Assembly (NCBI GenBank): GCA_949358305.1
Contig: OX442314.1
Span: forward strand, 24,738,001-24,802,000
Origin: Strigamia acuminata
Lineage: Eukaryota
Reading direction: 5' to 3'
Length of the DNA: 64,000 nt
Program-made: the position numbers and the translations under genes
The notes under the pieces: generated by a model
What the model was told of the DNA's origin: nothing
The model's database searches: none
What the model saw: only the letters and a program-made list of their open reading frames with translations
Part shown: positions 23,916 to 36,522 of the stretch, piece by piece
Layout of the letters: every line of letters begins with the position of its first letter
Position numbering within the stretch: the stretch's first letter is position 1

Positions 23916-25514
23916 CACCTAAACTAGTGAACTAAATACCTAACAAAAGAGCGGAAAAAGCTGCACCAAAAACGTTTTTTAAACAACACTGCCCACAACT
24001 GATAATTAAAATATATTTAATTGAACAATGTAAAATTTTTTTGAGACACCCTTACTGTAGTAACCCTCCTTGTATTGTCAGGCCGGTTTTATTTGGGCCA
24101 CCCAGTGCATAAGCATTAGAACGATTTAAAATCTGACATCTCCAATCTACAGTTCTCCCCATCCAGTATCTTAATATCAAGTTCATACAGCACATCCCCT
24201 TCTGCGCAGTTGATTTCCTAATTCAACTTGTTTATTTAGAAGCGTTAAGCTTAATATTAAGCATAATAATGTTAAAACAAAGTAAATAAACAACAATAAA
24301 CTCATTAACAAAACTAATTTACAGCATGGTACCGAAATTTTGCTCCTTTATTTCCCTTGTGAGCAACAAGCTTGACAATCGCTGAGTTAAATGCATGTGC
24401 AGAATATGATGCGCAGTTTGAATTTCCCATCAAGATACCGGGTGTCAACTACAACTTTTGTGCAAGCCATTTTAAATTTAGCTGCAAAAACTGAAACCAA
24501 GCATAACTCCAATATGGAGTTTGTTTACGCAGAGCTAGCGCGAGACAAAATGGTACCACAAGCAAAAATTTTTGGCGCCCTAAAAAAAAAAGAAAAAAAA
24601 AATTGCTTTACTTGTAGAATGCCGCCCCATGTGCCATGTAGCGCTTTCCTACTGCCTAACCTAACATAAAACTAACCTAAAAAGGAATACATTTCTATTT
24701 CTCCACGGCCTAACCTAACCATTGTAGCGCTCCCTTAAATTTGGTGCCAAAGGCAACTTCTTGCTCCGCTTGTGCTAGTGGCACCCCTGTGTTTCCCCAG
24801 CTTTTAATGATGGCTTATGGGAGTATTTGGTATCCATTCTGTCTATAAAAACACTGAAAACAGCAAAAACAGACATTTTAAGTTTAAATGGACCTATTGT
24901 TTTAGAAGTTTCAAATCTCTAAAACAAATATTTCCTGTAGAAGTTGAAAACTACATGTCGAAAATTACATTTTCATATTAAATAATGTCTTTAAATGTCC
25001 TATTATTAAACTAAATATACGTTTATTAAAAGTTTTAGTAATGTTAAAACCATTTCTTCAATTTAGTTCAAGCAGGCCTAATATTTCACGCCTTTTCCTC
25101 TTACGTAAACGGTTCATTTCAATTTTCAAATGTACAAAACAAAAGTTGCTTGCTTCTTGAATTGCCGTTTTAAATTGCAACAATTATTCTTCATTCTTAA
25201 TGAAAATTTTTAGACACATTTAAAAAAGTTAAAAGAACCTAATGCACCTATTATTCAGACCTGCAGTTCCAAGCGGCAATTCGAGACGACGGCACGATAC
25301 GACACTCGAAAAAGAACTCCACGTTCAACAACTTTTTGCACTCACAAGTGCAAGTGCAAATCCGTTACCGACCGGCTCCTCACTACCCCCAACCACCTAT
25401 AGATCTTAAAACGGGAAATTATACTAAGGTCGAAATGAATGTGGCATTTACATGACTGTATTGTCTTTCAGTTCAAATTACGAAATGTGCTTATGTGACA
25501 TCACAAAAGTAGAG

Positions 25515-25928
25515 TAAAGCTAGGTTCGCACTTGTGTTCACACTAGACGCAACGCAAGAAAACTGACGCAACGCAAGCTGCTTGCGTCCAAAAATTCTTG
25601 ACGTTGACGCCAATTCTTGCTTCAACTCCAAGTTGAAGTAAGCGATGCATCGCAAGGAAAGGTCTTGCAGCCAACCAATCATGATCGACTCCAACTCTCG
25701 TCGATTCACATCTGGTTGGCGAGACTTTGCCACATGCAAACAAGCTGCCATTTTCAGATTCTGGAACTAGATCCAATTCCAGATTTCATTAAAACCATCT
25801 GATTGGCCAGACGCAACATTAATTGTTTCAGCTCTGTTCACACGTGGCCTACAGTGTGAACAGACTGCGTTGCGTTTGACTAATTTCTCCTTGCGTATAG
25901 TGTGAACACAAGTGTGAACTTAGCTTTA
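25515..25928. mobile_element. MITE family C copy 2
   Basis: TAAAGCTAGGTTCGCACTTGTGTTCACAC ... GTGTGAACACAAGTGTGAACTTAGCTTTA. Confidence 0.85.
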
Positions 25929-27434
25929 GTCTTGAACTAGTTGGTAAAAAAAAATATTTTTACTAATAAATGACACTTTTCATCTAAAACCTGTGGAAAA
26001 ACCTGTAGAAAAACTTGACAAAAACCTTTTACTGAAATTAGCTTCCTGTAGATCCGTATTTCGCTGACTACGGTCAAAATGAAGAAGGTTAAATGCGTAA
26101 ACTTAAATACGACTTAAGTCGTCCACGTACCTTTAAAATTTCCCAATAATTCTTTTCCACTGAATAAAAAACGCATTTCCATAAGTATTTGGCAGCCAAA
26201 AATTAATTTGTCAACACTGAAATTGTTTTGTAAATTTTGCAGCCGTTTAAGGTCAACAGACCAGACGTTTTCGCTCTTGTTGGGCTTCACTGTGCACAAC
26301 ATCAGTGCTGCGAACATCCTCTGCAGTCTACCAGAGAAGCAACGTCAGCACGAAGCGCTTCTTTTGTTGGCCCAGCATCCCACAAAGTGAAAAGGAAACT
26401 AATTTGTGATGTTTCTTTAAGATTAACATTTTTCCCTCCTTCCAAAAATTCAATTACAATTTGCTTCTTCTATTCTTTTTTCAAATTAGCAACGGGTGAA
26501 ATATAACACGCTTCATTCATGGATACTACCCCATTCAATGTTTTTACCCTTTCTTTACCAGAACGAGCGATTAATCACTCGAAAATCACTGCAAAACAAG
26601 AACCGAAAACTCTGCAATCGATTGTGCAGTGAAGCCCAACACAAAACGAACCAAAATAAAAATTTTCTTTTTCAATGAATGAGACTTTCAATCAGCTCGC
26701 CACAGCAAGACGCCCTTTATCCGCACGAAAACACACCCTCCGTCCACCCTCACAACCACAACATAAATATTCATATTTCAGTCCACTTATCTAAATACAA
26801 CTATTACATATCCCAAACAGGATCAACCAATCGAAAGCGTGTCGAATTCGCTCCGGATGGTCACCCATACAAATCCCCACAAGACATTCGGTTCCGCAGC
26901 TCCAATTCGACTTATCCGGACAAACAGACGACTACTTAATAAAAAGTACTCCGTAGACAATTATGAACAAAAGCCTCATGCCATTAGGCTTCACGAGAGC
27001 ATCCAGGAGAGTGGAGAGCGTATGGCGGCCATCGCCACCCTTTCAACAATAGAAACGTTTCATTTTTAAGACGTAGGACGATCAACTACAGGACTTCACA
27101 TCTAGCACAATTTAATTGTTAGACTGTAATGCGATTCTGTATTGTGTTCGTGGCGCCTTCCGGCCGAAACGGTGCAAAATGACGTTATTTTGCGGGCAAA
27201 TGGCGGACAACTGACACCCCGCGAAAAAACGCGTGCAAAGATCTTGGCTAATAAAATTGGACTGGGGATCAGGTCTCGGGCTAGACCGGGGGTAAAGGTC
27301 AAGCCCTCCCCCTGGAAAACTATTCAATTTTTGTGTGAAAAATTGAATCAAACTGACCACCTCCTTGTACGTTTTGCAGATGCTAAGTACCGAAAAGACA
27401 AACAAGAAGAAAACAAGTAGTAAATATTAATTAC

Positions 27435-27585
27435 CTGACTGATATGATCCAATCTGTCCTCCGAATGTTGGAGCGGAACTTGTAAGAACACAAGAGTGGT
27501 TTGCCCACATTGGTGCTGGTCACAGGGGGACTCTTGACATCCTCTTTGATTTCCACGGTCTTGTTGCATCTGTCACGGAAACGAG
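27435..27585 (-). CDS. Coding exon 2, start of first CUB domain
   Basis: Acceptor TTTGTCTGTTTCAG|, donor CAG|GTAATT. Reads (A)RFRDRCNKTVEIKEDVKSPPVTSTNVGKPLLCSYKFRSNIRRTDWIISV(R). 151 nt, phase 1 in, phase 2 out. This frame is not in the ORF track. Confidence 0.85.
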
Positions 27586-30465
27586 CTGAAACAGACAAAT
27601 TAATTGATAATTTCTCGCTGCCTGTTATTATTCACTATCTCGCCACTGCCTCGTGTCGCGCCTACAGCCAGAATCACAACCGGACACGCGTTCTGAGAAT
27701 GAAGAGTAAGTGCATCTTTGTTATCAGTGTGTGTCGTGCGCACAGAGGGACAGGGAGGGAGTTTATATCCGGCATAAGTAAATCGATATTGCATCCTGAT
27801 ATCTTCTCTTCATTATTGGAAAATGTATCCGTGAAGAGCGCGCGGCCTGTAATAAAAGTTCGGCGTCGGTCCGGCAGCTGCGATGCTGTTAATTGCCAAA
27901 TCCCGAGAAATTAGCTCACTAAGCTGTGCAATTAATCATCCGATGCATGTTTCTTGACAAATTCCTTGCTTTATCATCATCATCATCACGGGATGCGATC
28001 GAACTTGTCTCTCCTCTCTTATCCCTCGCACCTGCCTTTAAAATTAAAACCCTTTCCGCAGCGTGTCATGGCGTTTGCTAATGCACCAAAACGTCCATTT
28101 GCACAGAAAATTGTTGCAGCGACAGCTTAAACCCGTTCCTATTTTGATTTATACGCGACGAAAACTTTTAATAAATATCCGCTTCCGTTACAGCTCTTCG
28201 CTTCGAATCCGCTCTCGGGTTGCAATAGGCAGATGACAAGTGACACGATGATAATAATAATAATAATAACATTTATAGAAAAAAAAAAAAAAAAAAAAAA
28301 AATGCAATTTGACGAGAAGCAGTTTGAAGAGCGAATTTGGATCAGGGAGTTGTCGAGCCATCAAATAACAGTCGACTTCAACCTACGATCCCACGGCATG
28401 TGATGCGTGAATCGCCGTTGGGAGAAGCCAACTCAGCTGCCCCCGTTTTCCTACATCTTCACAAAAACCTTTCACTACAAATATTCGCCAAACATAGAGC
28501 CGGCGTGGCCGCTGGTAGAATACAAAATTCTAGTCTTATCAACAAAAATTTACAATCCAAACTCACCTCGAGCGTTAGAATTACAATTTGGCAACGCAAC
28601 CTTAAACGACACACAAAAAAATCCTACATGGCACAGTATAAAATTCGCATCAGATGCAAATGAACTCATCTAGAGTCTGAACTAAGAAAGAGTGGAAAAA
28701 GGGAACGGAAAAAAAAAATCACGACGTCTCATTTCCACCAACACCAATCACGAAAATGGACCGAGAAACATGAATGAAAAATTCCCCTCCCCCGTAACTG
28801 AATTTCAATTTGGGAGGTCTTAATTTCAAAACGATTACGCCAAATTAAAAGAGCTCCTATTCAACCAACTGTAATTTAAATTGTCGAATTCGCTTAGTTA
28901 GAACTTCCATAGCAAAACGGCAAAATTTAATTAGTTCCACTAAGTGATTTGTTTTTCCTCTTTCAGTCTTTTCGAATAATTTAATCAAATCTGTTTGCGT
29001 CTTCTTAGTTGCCGATAAGGTCAAGCGGAGCAGTGGTCACCGGTCAGCGAAAAAATTCGCAACCAAAAGGGGTAAAATATTGCGATAAATCGTCAGAAAT
29101 AATGGGAATTACTGCATGATAGCATTGAAAGTGCTGGAGTTCAGCAGCGAAGCCCTCCTGAACCGTTTCCCATCAGGCGGTTCTGCCTCTTGACCCCATT
29201 AGTGGTCGAGAACACCGACAAAAAGTTGCTGCCGACAAAAAAAGTTTGGAAAACTTTCAAAAGTGGTGTGTCGTCCATTAGCGGTTGCCTGGGGTCCGGA
29301 ATATAGGGTTGGGGAGGGGTTAGGGAGTTCCAAAACAATGCTAAGGCCCCTTGGAAGTGTTTTTACATTTTTTATATATCCGGCAATTTTCTCTCAAAAA
29401 AACTTTCTTTAATTTTTAAACCTTCAATACCTGGGGGTCCCAATTGGGCTTGTTGCCACCACTGTCTATAATTTCTAGTCCCAACAACGTCTATCAAATA
29501 GTAAAAATAAATAACGGTCCGAAAATGCACGTTTTCTACATTATTGCGTATCTTTCCGCATGAAATGTAAGATTTCATTTACTCTTCTGTATTCATTCCC
29601 TCCTCAAGCGGCACAAATTCTAGTTGATCCGAGAACAGCATTCAATTCTTTGTTAACAAATGTGGTGATGATCCAAAGAAAACAAGATTTCTCTAGACGG
29701 CGCCGCTGAAAGTTACGTTAAAAACTCGAAAAAAAAAAGAATTTAAATAAAAAAAAATATATAAAAAAAAAAAAAAAAAAAAAAAATCTCTTTAAAAATA
29801 CCATTAAATTTCGACTTAGTGCATACTATTTCATTGTACAGCTATACAAGATAAAAAAAAAAAAATAAAGAATCGAGAAAATGGAAACAGTAAGATTGAA
29901 AAAAAGAAAGAAAAAAAACGCGTAACTTTATTTTTTGTTGTATTTTCTTAGAAATGTTCATTCGCCCGAGTTCAATTTGTTGTTCCATTTTAAAACGCGA
30001 AATGCTTGCAGTCCCGTGTTGTGTGAAATACATAGTCTTGATAAAAAGAGATTTATATCGGGGTTGGGGCTTTGTTCGGGCTGCTCAATTTACCCCATTT
30101 TATCTGGTCGGTGCAAAGAATGCGGTGTAATTTTCTCAACTCCCTGTTGCGCACTTACAACCTGATGGATCGTTCGGTCCGTGCAAATTTACCGATCTTT
30201 GCGACGGATCTCGCCCATCACGACTCTTTTTATCAATTACACAACTGATGTTGCCAACAACTATTTCCCCATAATTTCAACCCCCTAATTTACGCTCCTT
30301 CGCATCGATCCGACCACCACACACCGCACACCCTCATCTTTAACCCAAAAAATAAAAAAAATAAAAAAAATTAAATTTCAAAATCCATTTTGATTAATAT
30401 TTAAATTTCAAAAATCGAAACAAATTCTGTCAGTTCTAAGATCCGAGAGAAGATTGTGTGTTTAC

Positions 30466-30568
30466 CTTTGCGTGCACAGGTGGCAAGCGGTATCACCAAT
30501 GTGCAAAGCGCCAAAGCGAGCACGAATCGGACGAGCTGCGATATGGGAAAGGCCGAGTAACGACACAT
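30466..30568 (-). CDS. Coding exon 1 (signal peptide) of CUB/LDLa transmembrane protein
   Basis: ATG at 30568 with an in-frame TGA two codons upstream. Reads MCRYSAFPISQLVRFVLALALCTLVIPLATCARK (hydrophobic signal-peptide-like). Donor AAAG|GTAAAC, phase 1, matches the next exon. Confidence 0.8.
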
Positions 30569-30790
30569 GATTCACGTGCATCGAGCCGCACTCCCAAGCA
30601 CCCATCATCCAACGGGGAGTCACATCGTGGTCCTATCTGGTATCACACGTCCTCATCGTCACCGATCACGAACCCACACACACCTTCGATCGACACCGTC
30701 TCGAGTCCGATGTAACTCGCGCATCACACGCAGACTCCAACACCAACGCCACTCTGGCGGCTTCGGATGGAATTATCGACGTGTGTCCTC
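30569..30790 (-). other. Probable 5' UTR part of the first coding exon
   Basis: GC-richer stretch bounded by a T-rich tract and TTTTTTAAG| acceptor-like site at 30791-30792. Implies a further upstream non-coding exon or trans-splicing. Confidence 0.45.
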
Positions 30791-33700
30791 CTTAAAAAAA
30801 TCGGAAAAATAAAATAAAAAAAAAAGATAAAAGTAACGAATTTAATTGTGGTAAGAGAAAAAGTTGTGACGGAAACACGGCGAGCGATCGAAGTTCTTTT
30901 AATCGTGGAAAATAAATGCTAAAGTCCGTTTTTTTATTAAGTCGCGTCGTTGTTGTATAATTCGATGTGTAAATTATACGGCGGCGTAACTGTCTAGGAT
31001 AATCACGGGCTGCGCAGAAAGCATTTTTACACGTTTTATATTTTTCTGGGAGGAAAAAAACATCCGTTGGAATTGCAAAACTGCAAATAAAGGCGATTTG
31101 TAAAGGGTTAAAGCACCGTTTCAGGAACCCAATACAAACGAATTGTCTCCGCGTGCAGGCCAAATCAATGGTACATGCAGAAAAGCCGAACTAATAGTTA
31201 AGCTGGAGAACCTAAGGGGCAGAAAATTGCAAGTCCAATATCTCGCAGACTTTTCAATAAAATGGAACCAATTTAAAAAAATAAATGGAAAAAATAAATA
31301 AAAATAAAAGAAAAACTTAATCTAATTCTACTAAAATAAAAGTAAACCGGTTCGAGAGAGTTACGTGTTAACAAAGTATAAAAGAGTGGTTGCTTTTAAG
31401 TCGTTGTTTTCAAACTGGAAATTCAATCAGACTAGCAAGACTGTAGTAACGAGATTAGGAATTTGCTGGGCAACAACACTTTTCTACAATTAGAGAATAC
31501 GCAATTCGACTTATAATGCAATTTCCATTTGTTTTCAACGATTCACTTTCAATGCCAAATGAAATTACCTTGATGGCCACACAAAGGTAAAGTACTACCA
31601 CGGACGTGTGAAATGAAAAATAAAACTGAATAAAATTAAAATATTTTTAAAAAAAATTTTCCCTTCTCTATTATTTTTATTATTATACAATATGGAAGAA
31701 ACACAAGCTTGCAGGTGAAGCATCCACAACCAAAAAACGTGACAGAAGTGCATCATCCCATACAATTAAAAAATATATTGCAATTAAGTGCATTAAATTT
31801 TATAAAATTTAATAAAACGTGTTCTAAAATGCAATATTGTAAGAAAATTGTAAATGCATTGTCAAAACTTCAGCTACAAACAGACACAAAAGCGAAATAA
31901 TCTCACCCAGATTCATTTACACGAAAAAAACGATAGAAACAGAAACTTTAACCCGACATTATTGTTATTTTAATTTTTTTTATCAACGACTCCATCTTTT
32001 CTCGTCGTAAATTTCACGATCCAACTGAAATTCAAGGCGCGCTCTCCTCATATTTCACAAAATTCAGTGTCCATGCAAAGCGATAACTTAATAGAAGCGC
32101 AAGACAATTTGTTTAACCCGAAGAAGTGTTGTTCCTAATGTAAATCCAGATACTTAAAAGTTAAATCATTCCCTGAGACCGCAGTTAAAAGTAAGCGGCA
32201 AACATGTGCGTGACAATTCGATATTTCTATCAAGCCAATTTATTCATTGCTTCTTAAAGAAGAAACTCGAATGGAGGAGTCAAGATGAGTTAAAGGCGAC
32301 TCGGTTCGATAATATTTGCATGCACGAGCAAGAAAACGAGATCGATTAAAAACAGCAGCAGAGCAACGGCATCTGCTGCAACTGCACTCGATGATTTCGC
32401 CTCTTCACAGGAGACTCTTATAATGGGATTTGGCCTTCCGGAAAAACCATTTTCTCTCGATCAACACGCACAGGGCACTCGTTCTGCTTCCCCTTCCCCT
32501 CTTCAGCCGCTTAAATATGCATAAGAATGTCGCCCATCGTCATCCGTACTACATTACTGTAGGGAAACCTTTTCACGTCTGCAGAAATGTGATTTCCACG
32601 CTGACAGATAAGAAACAACTTGTGCGAATTTATTTCGAATCAAATACCACTTTTTAAATGCAGCTATAACCAAATTTCCTCCTGGGATAACGTAAGGGGC
32701 TTTGGCTCTAGGCACCTCTTGCTACTCACTTTTTCATAATAAATTCCGAACATTTTATATTCCAAAGTCGTTATAGGGCTTAATAAGGATAAAAAATGCA
32801 GAAGTTGAGAAATGATGGAGAAAAAAAAAATTGTTTCTTTATAACTTTTTGCATTCATGTTTTAATGAATCAGATTATAGAAATAAAATGGCCGGCCATC
32901 GTTACGACGATATAATCATCAATTTACGTAAAAATTAACAAAGTTTAACATCTTCGAAGTAATTAGTCTCAATTTTGACAATAGGCGTCATTCTGATGAT
33001 TTAATTTACATGATTATAATATTTTTTTTGCTTCAATGCCCCCCCCCCCAACCCCTCCCGAAATTATTTTTTTTTAAAGGAATCGAAAAAAGTTTTTAAA
33101 AAGTTAAAAAATCAATTTTTTCTTATGAAAGCACTTCCACTTCAAACACACCCAACAAAACATGTTTAAAACATCTTTGTGGTTGAAGTTGGTTTCATCA
33201 CCAAGATATACAGCCAGAAAGTTCTAGAATAAGATTATATGTAACAAATATATTGATGTATACATACAATACACACACACATATATATATATCCCATATA
33301 AAATAATTATATTGCGAGTTCCAACAACAAAACAGAGTCAGAACAGATAAAAAGAAATTGTTTCTGTAGAAACAAACAACAGAACACGATCAAGTAAAAA
33401 AAAATATAAAAAGTTGGCTACTTTTTCATGATAAACTAATCTGGCGCACGGCAACCAGTCAAAGCACATGCTAGAAATGTAAAACAGATACAGATGGCTG
33501 TGAGTACATCAGTTATTGTCAGTAAGAATTATTGCTTAGCATAACTGTTATTATCCCCCGCACCAGAAGAGTGGGTGTGACAAGACAAAGAAAAACCAGA
33601 TTACAAAGAATAAACTCAGTGACAAGTTACCATTTAAAAATTGACCAATAGGAAGTGCGAAAACTTACTAAAATGCGCGTAGACACGAATAGGTCAACTT

Positions 33701-33808
33701 ATAATTCTTTTTTATGTGGAGCATTCTGACTGAAAAGAATTTATAACTTATATCTTTAAGTTATAAGTTACAGAATGTACAAAAAGTGCAATCGCCAAAC
33801 ATCTATTG

Positions 33809-34233
33809 CAGCGTTTCTCAAACTATAAGAGGGCGAGTTGATTTTTGGTGGGGTGCAAAGGTGTTCAATCATTTTGGCGCCCAAATTTTTGGTTCTCAAT
33901 TCAATTTTTACCAATTCCAATTCCAACTTACTGCCTGTAATTGGTTGCAATACACCGCAGGCCAGCAAAAGCTACAAAATCCTCTAAAATCTTCACAAAA
34001 ACCTTACAAAAATCACTCAAAATTTACAAAAGCCATCCAAAATTCTCCAAAAACCAGCCAAAACTCCCAAAAATGGAGGTTTGTAGCTATTGAATTTTGT
34101 AGAATGGAAAAATAGTAACAACCTATGTCGTAGTTCATTTTGAAAAAATTTAACGCACCGATGATGAAGTGGGGCGTGAAAGTTTGCCTTTCTTAAAAAT
34201 GGGTTGCAATGCTAAAAAGTTTGAGAATCCCTG
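33809..34233. mobile_element. hAT (Charlie-like) MITE
   Basis: CAGCGTTTCTCAAAC ... GTTTGAGAATCCCTG with 8-bp TSD ATCTATTG/CTCTATTG (7/8 match). Confidence 0.8.
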
Positions 34234-35863
34234 CTCTATTGTATACAATTTTGATTCTGTATATGAAATATGGCAAAAACTTGTTCTCCTCAAGTCTGGT
34301 TTGGGTGGACTCTGGCAAAAGTGAAGACTGGCACAAAAACACACACTTTCACTGTGACTTTTTTTTTTTTACTATAACTGGTTTATTTTTACAAAAATGT
34401 ACAAGATATAGTTTTAAAAAAAAACAATGGTAAGAACTCCCACTGGTGGGAGATAACTAAATTCAAAGAACTCACAATTTGTCATCAAGATGATGGCCAG
34501 ATGTGACACACAAACAAGAAATTAATAAAACACAAAATACCATGCATTAAATATATAAGATTAATTCACAAAATAAAACTAACCCAAAACCACAATAAAA
34601 CCAAAAAATATAATAAAACACTTGAGTTTTTACATACAACTTGTTTGCTGCAAGTGCGACAACGAAATAGTTACAAATTCAAAATACACATGTATCACAG
34701 CAACTGTTAAACATACAGATACGATATAATAACTCAATCTGACATAACTGAAAATAACATCAACAGTAATGTCATGTATTATAACTAACGATATATCTAA
34801 TCTGTTATTTCCATTTTGGCTCCTTCTACCATACGCTCTTTTGTCTTTTATCGTTGGTATTCTATCAACATAATCTGACTAGGATTTCTTGGCAACTTCC
34901 AAGTTAGCGCATCGATTCTTTAACTCACTTCTAGCTCTTCTCCTAACTCCTGGTTCAACACTTCTCTTCAAATAGGTGATAACACACTGCCTATGTGCCA
35001 TCACACGCATTACGGTGACATTCTATGGCTGTTCCTCTCTCTTCGAACTGCGCCCTTGTTTGCCAGAACAATTGATAATTTTCTAATAACACAATAAATC
35101 AGCTTCAAAATTTCCCAGCGTATAATATAGAACAATAGAACATCTTAGCAGTGTCGTCAACCCTTCTAGTAACCTTCTCAACCTCCACATGCTAAAGAAT
35201 TGATTGTATGCTCCAAATAAAAATGGAACGACAAAAACATAAATAAACAACAATTCCAAACGAACGTTACCCTAAGTCATCCTGAATTACAAGACGAACG
35301 AATCAAAAGTAAATACATGTCTCAACTAGGGCACGTATATACATCTACATGATTATTCTTTAATAATTTTAATGCATATCTTTATTCAATGAGCAAATAT
35401 AATTTCTATTCAGAAGACAAACTCTTTTGCTGCCTTCGAGGCCAGCTCTGCTTTACTCGCTGCATTCAAAAAGTCATTTCAAACCTTACCTCGTTTTAAA
35501 GTGGATTGCATATAGTTACTTTTTAATTCCAAGCATTTTGCACAGTGTTTGTTGAAACTGCTAAAACGAACCGAACTGATTCATCTCATTAATTTTTAAT
35601 TATTGCCTCTATTGGCCGTGGAATCTTGACTTGAAATCGCTACTGCGCATAATGCAATCACCGTGAATTAATCTCTACCACTCCAAAGTTGCCATGGTGA
35701 CAAAATCTCAAAACAAATAAAGAAAATCTTCATCAGAGTGCCACCAAGTTGAATTTGGATAAGCTAGAACACTGAAGTTGTTGTTTATGTACGAACTTTC
35801 TTCTGAAGTGACTTCTCTAAACAGGATACGACGTTTTTCACATCACAATTCCAAAGAATTCAA

Positions 35864-36522
35864 ATTTAACCTCACGAACGATGAACGTACGTAGCGTACG
35901 TTCATCGTGACATTAGAGAGTTTGCGGGATGCATTTTTCCCTTACAGTTAAACACTATACGGTATAAAAATAGTGTAAGGGAAAAATGATAAATTAAGTT
36001 TTTGCGGGCTGCACTTTTCCCTTATCACTACACTATTTCAGCCAACTACAGTTAGTAATTTTGGGCCTAAAAATTTAATTTGGGGACGTAAATGTGCAAA
36101 TTTCTGCATAAAATTCCATTATTATGCCTATAAAGTATGGTTTTGGGCCTAAAATTCAATTTTGGGCCTCACGTATCATTCAATCTACATACCTGTGACT
36201 GTGAGGTGTTTGATCGGGACAACAAAATAATCGCCATTTGCAATGGGCGGAGCTGACAATATAGTGTTCTCAATTCTGATTGGCTGCGCTATATTTTAAT
36301 TTAGTGTTGAAAACGATACACTAAAGAATTTTCCCTTTTGATATGACACTAAAATAGTGTAACGTAGAGAAAATGAAAGGGAAAAATGCATCCCGCAAAC
36401 TCTCTATTCAGACTTCGTTTGTTACATTAAACAAATGTAACAAACGAAAAACCGAAATTGTAATTGCTGTTAATAATGACAGTTTTGAATAAGAGCCGCG
36501 GCTCTTAATCGATAAAATACGG
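35864..36522. mobile_element. MITE family B copy 3 (left end missing), hosting another MITE
   Basis: ATTTAACCTCACGAACGATG ... TTCAGACTTCGTTTGTTACATTAAAC ... GATAAAATACGG|TA match the other copies. Confidence 0.8.
35915..36405. mobile_element. MITE with 3-bp ATT TSD (PIF/Harbinger-like)
   Basis: TIR AGAGAGTTTGCGGGATGCATTTTTCCCTT at both ends, ATT on both flanks. Empty site GACGTTCAGAC in family B copy 2. Confidence 0.85.

Noticed and set aside
27295..27312. GGTCAAGCCC resembling the twister ribozyme L4 loop
   Set aside because: Two loop nucleotides are missing and no UAA cleavage loop or downstream GAG pseudoknot partner is present.
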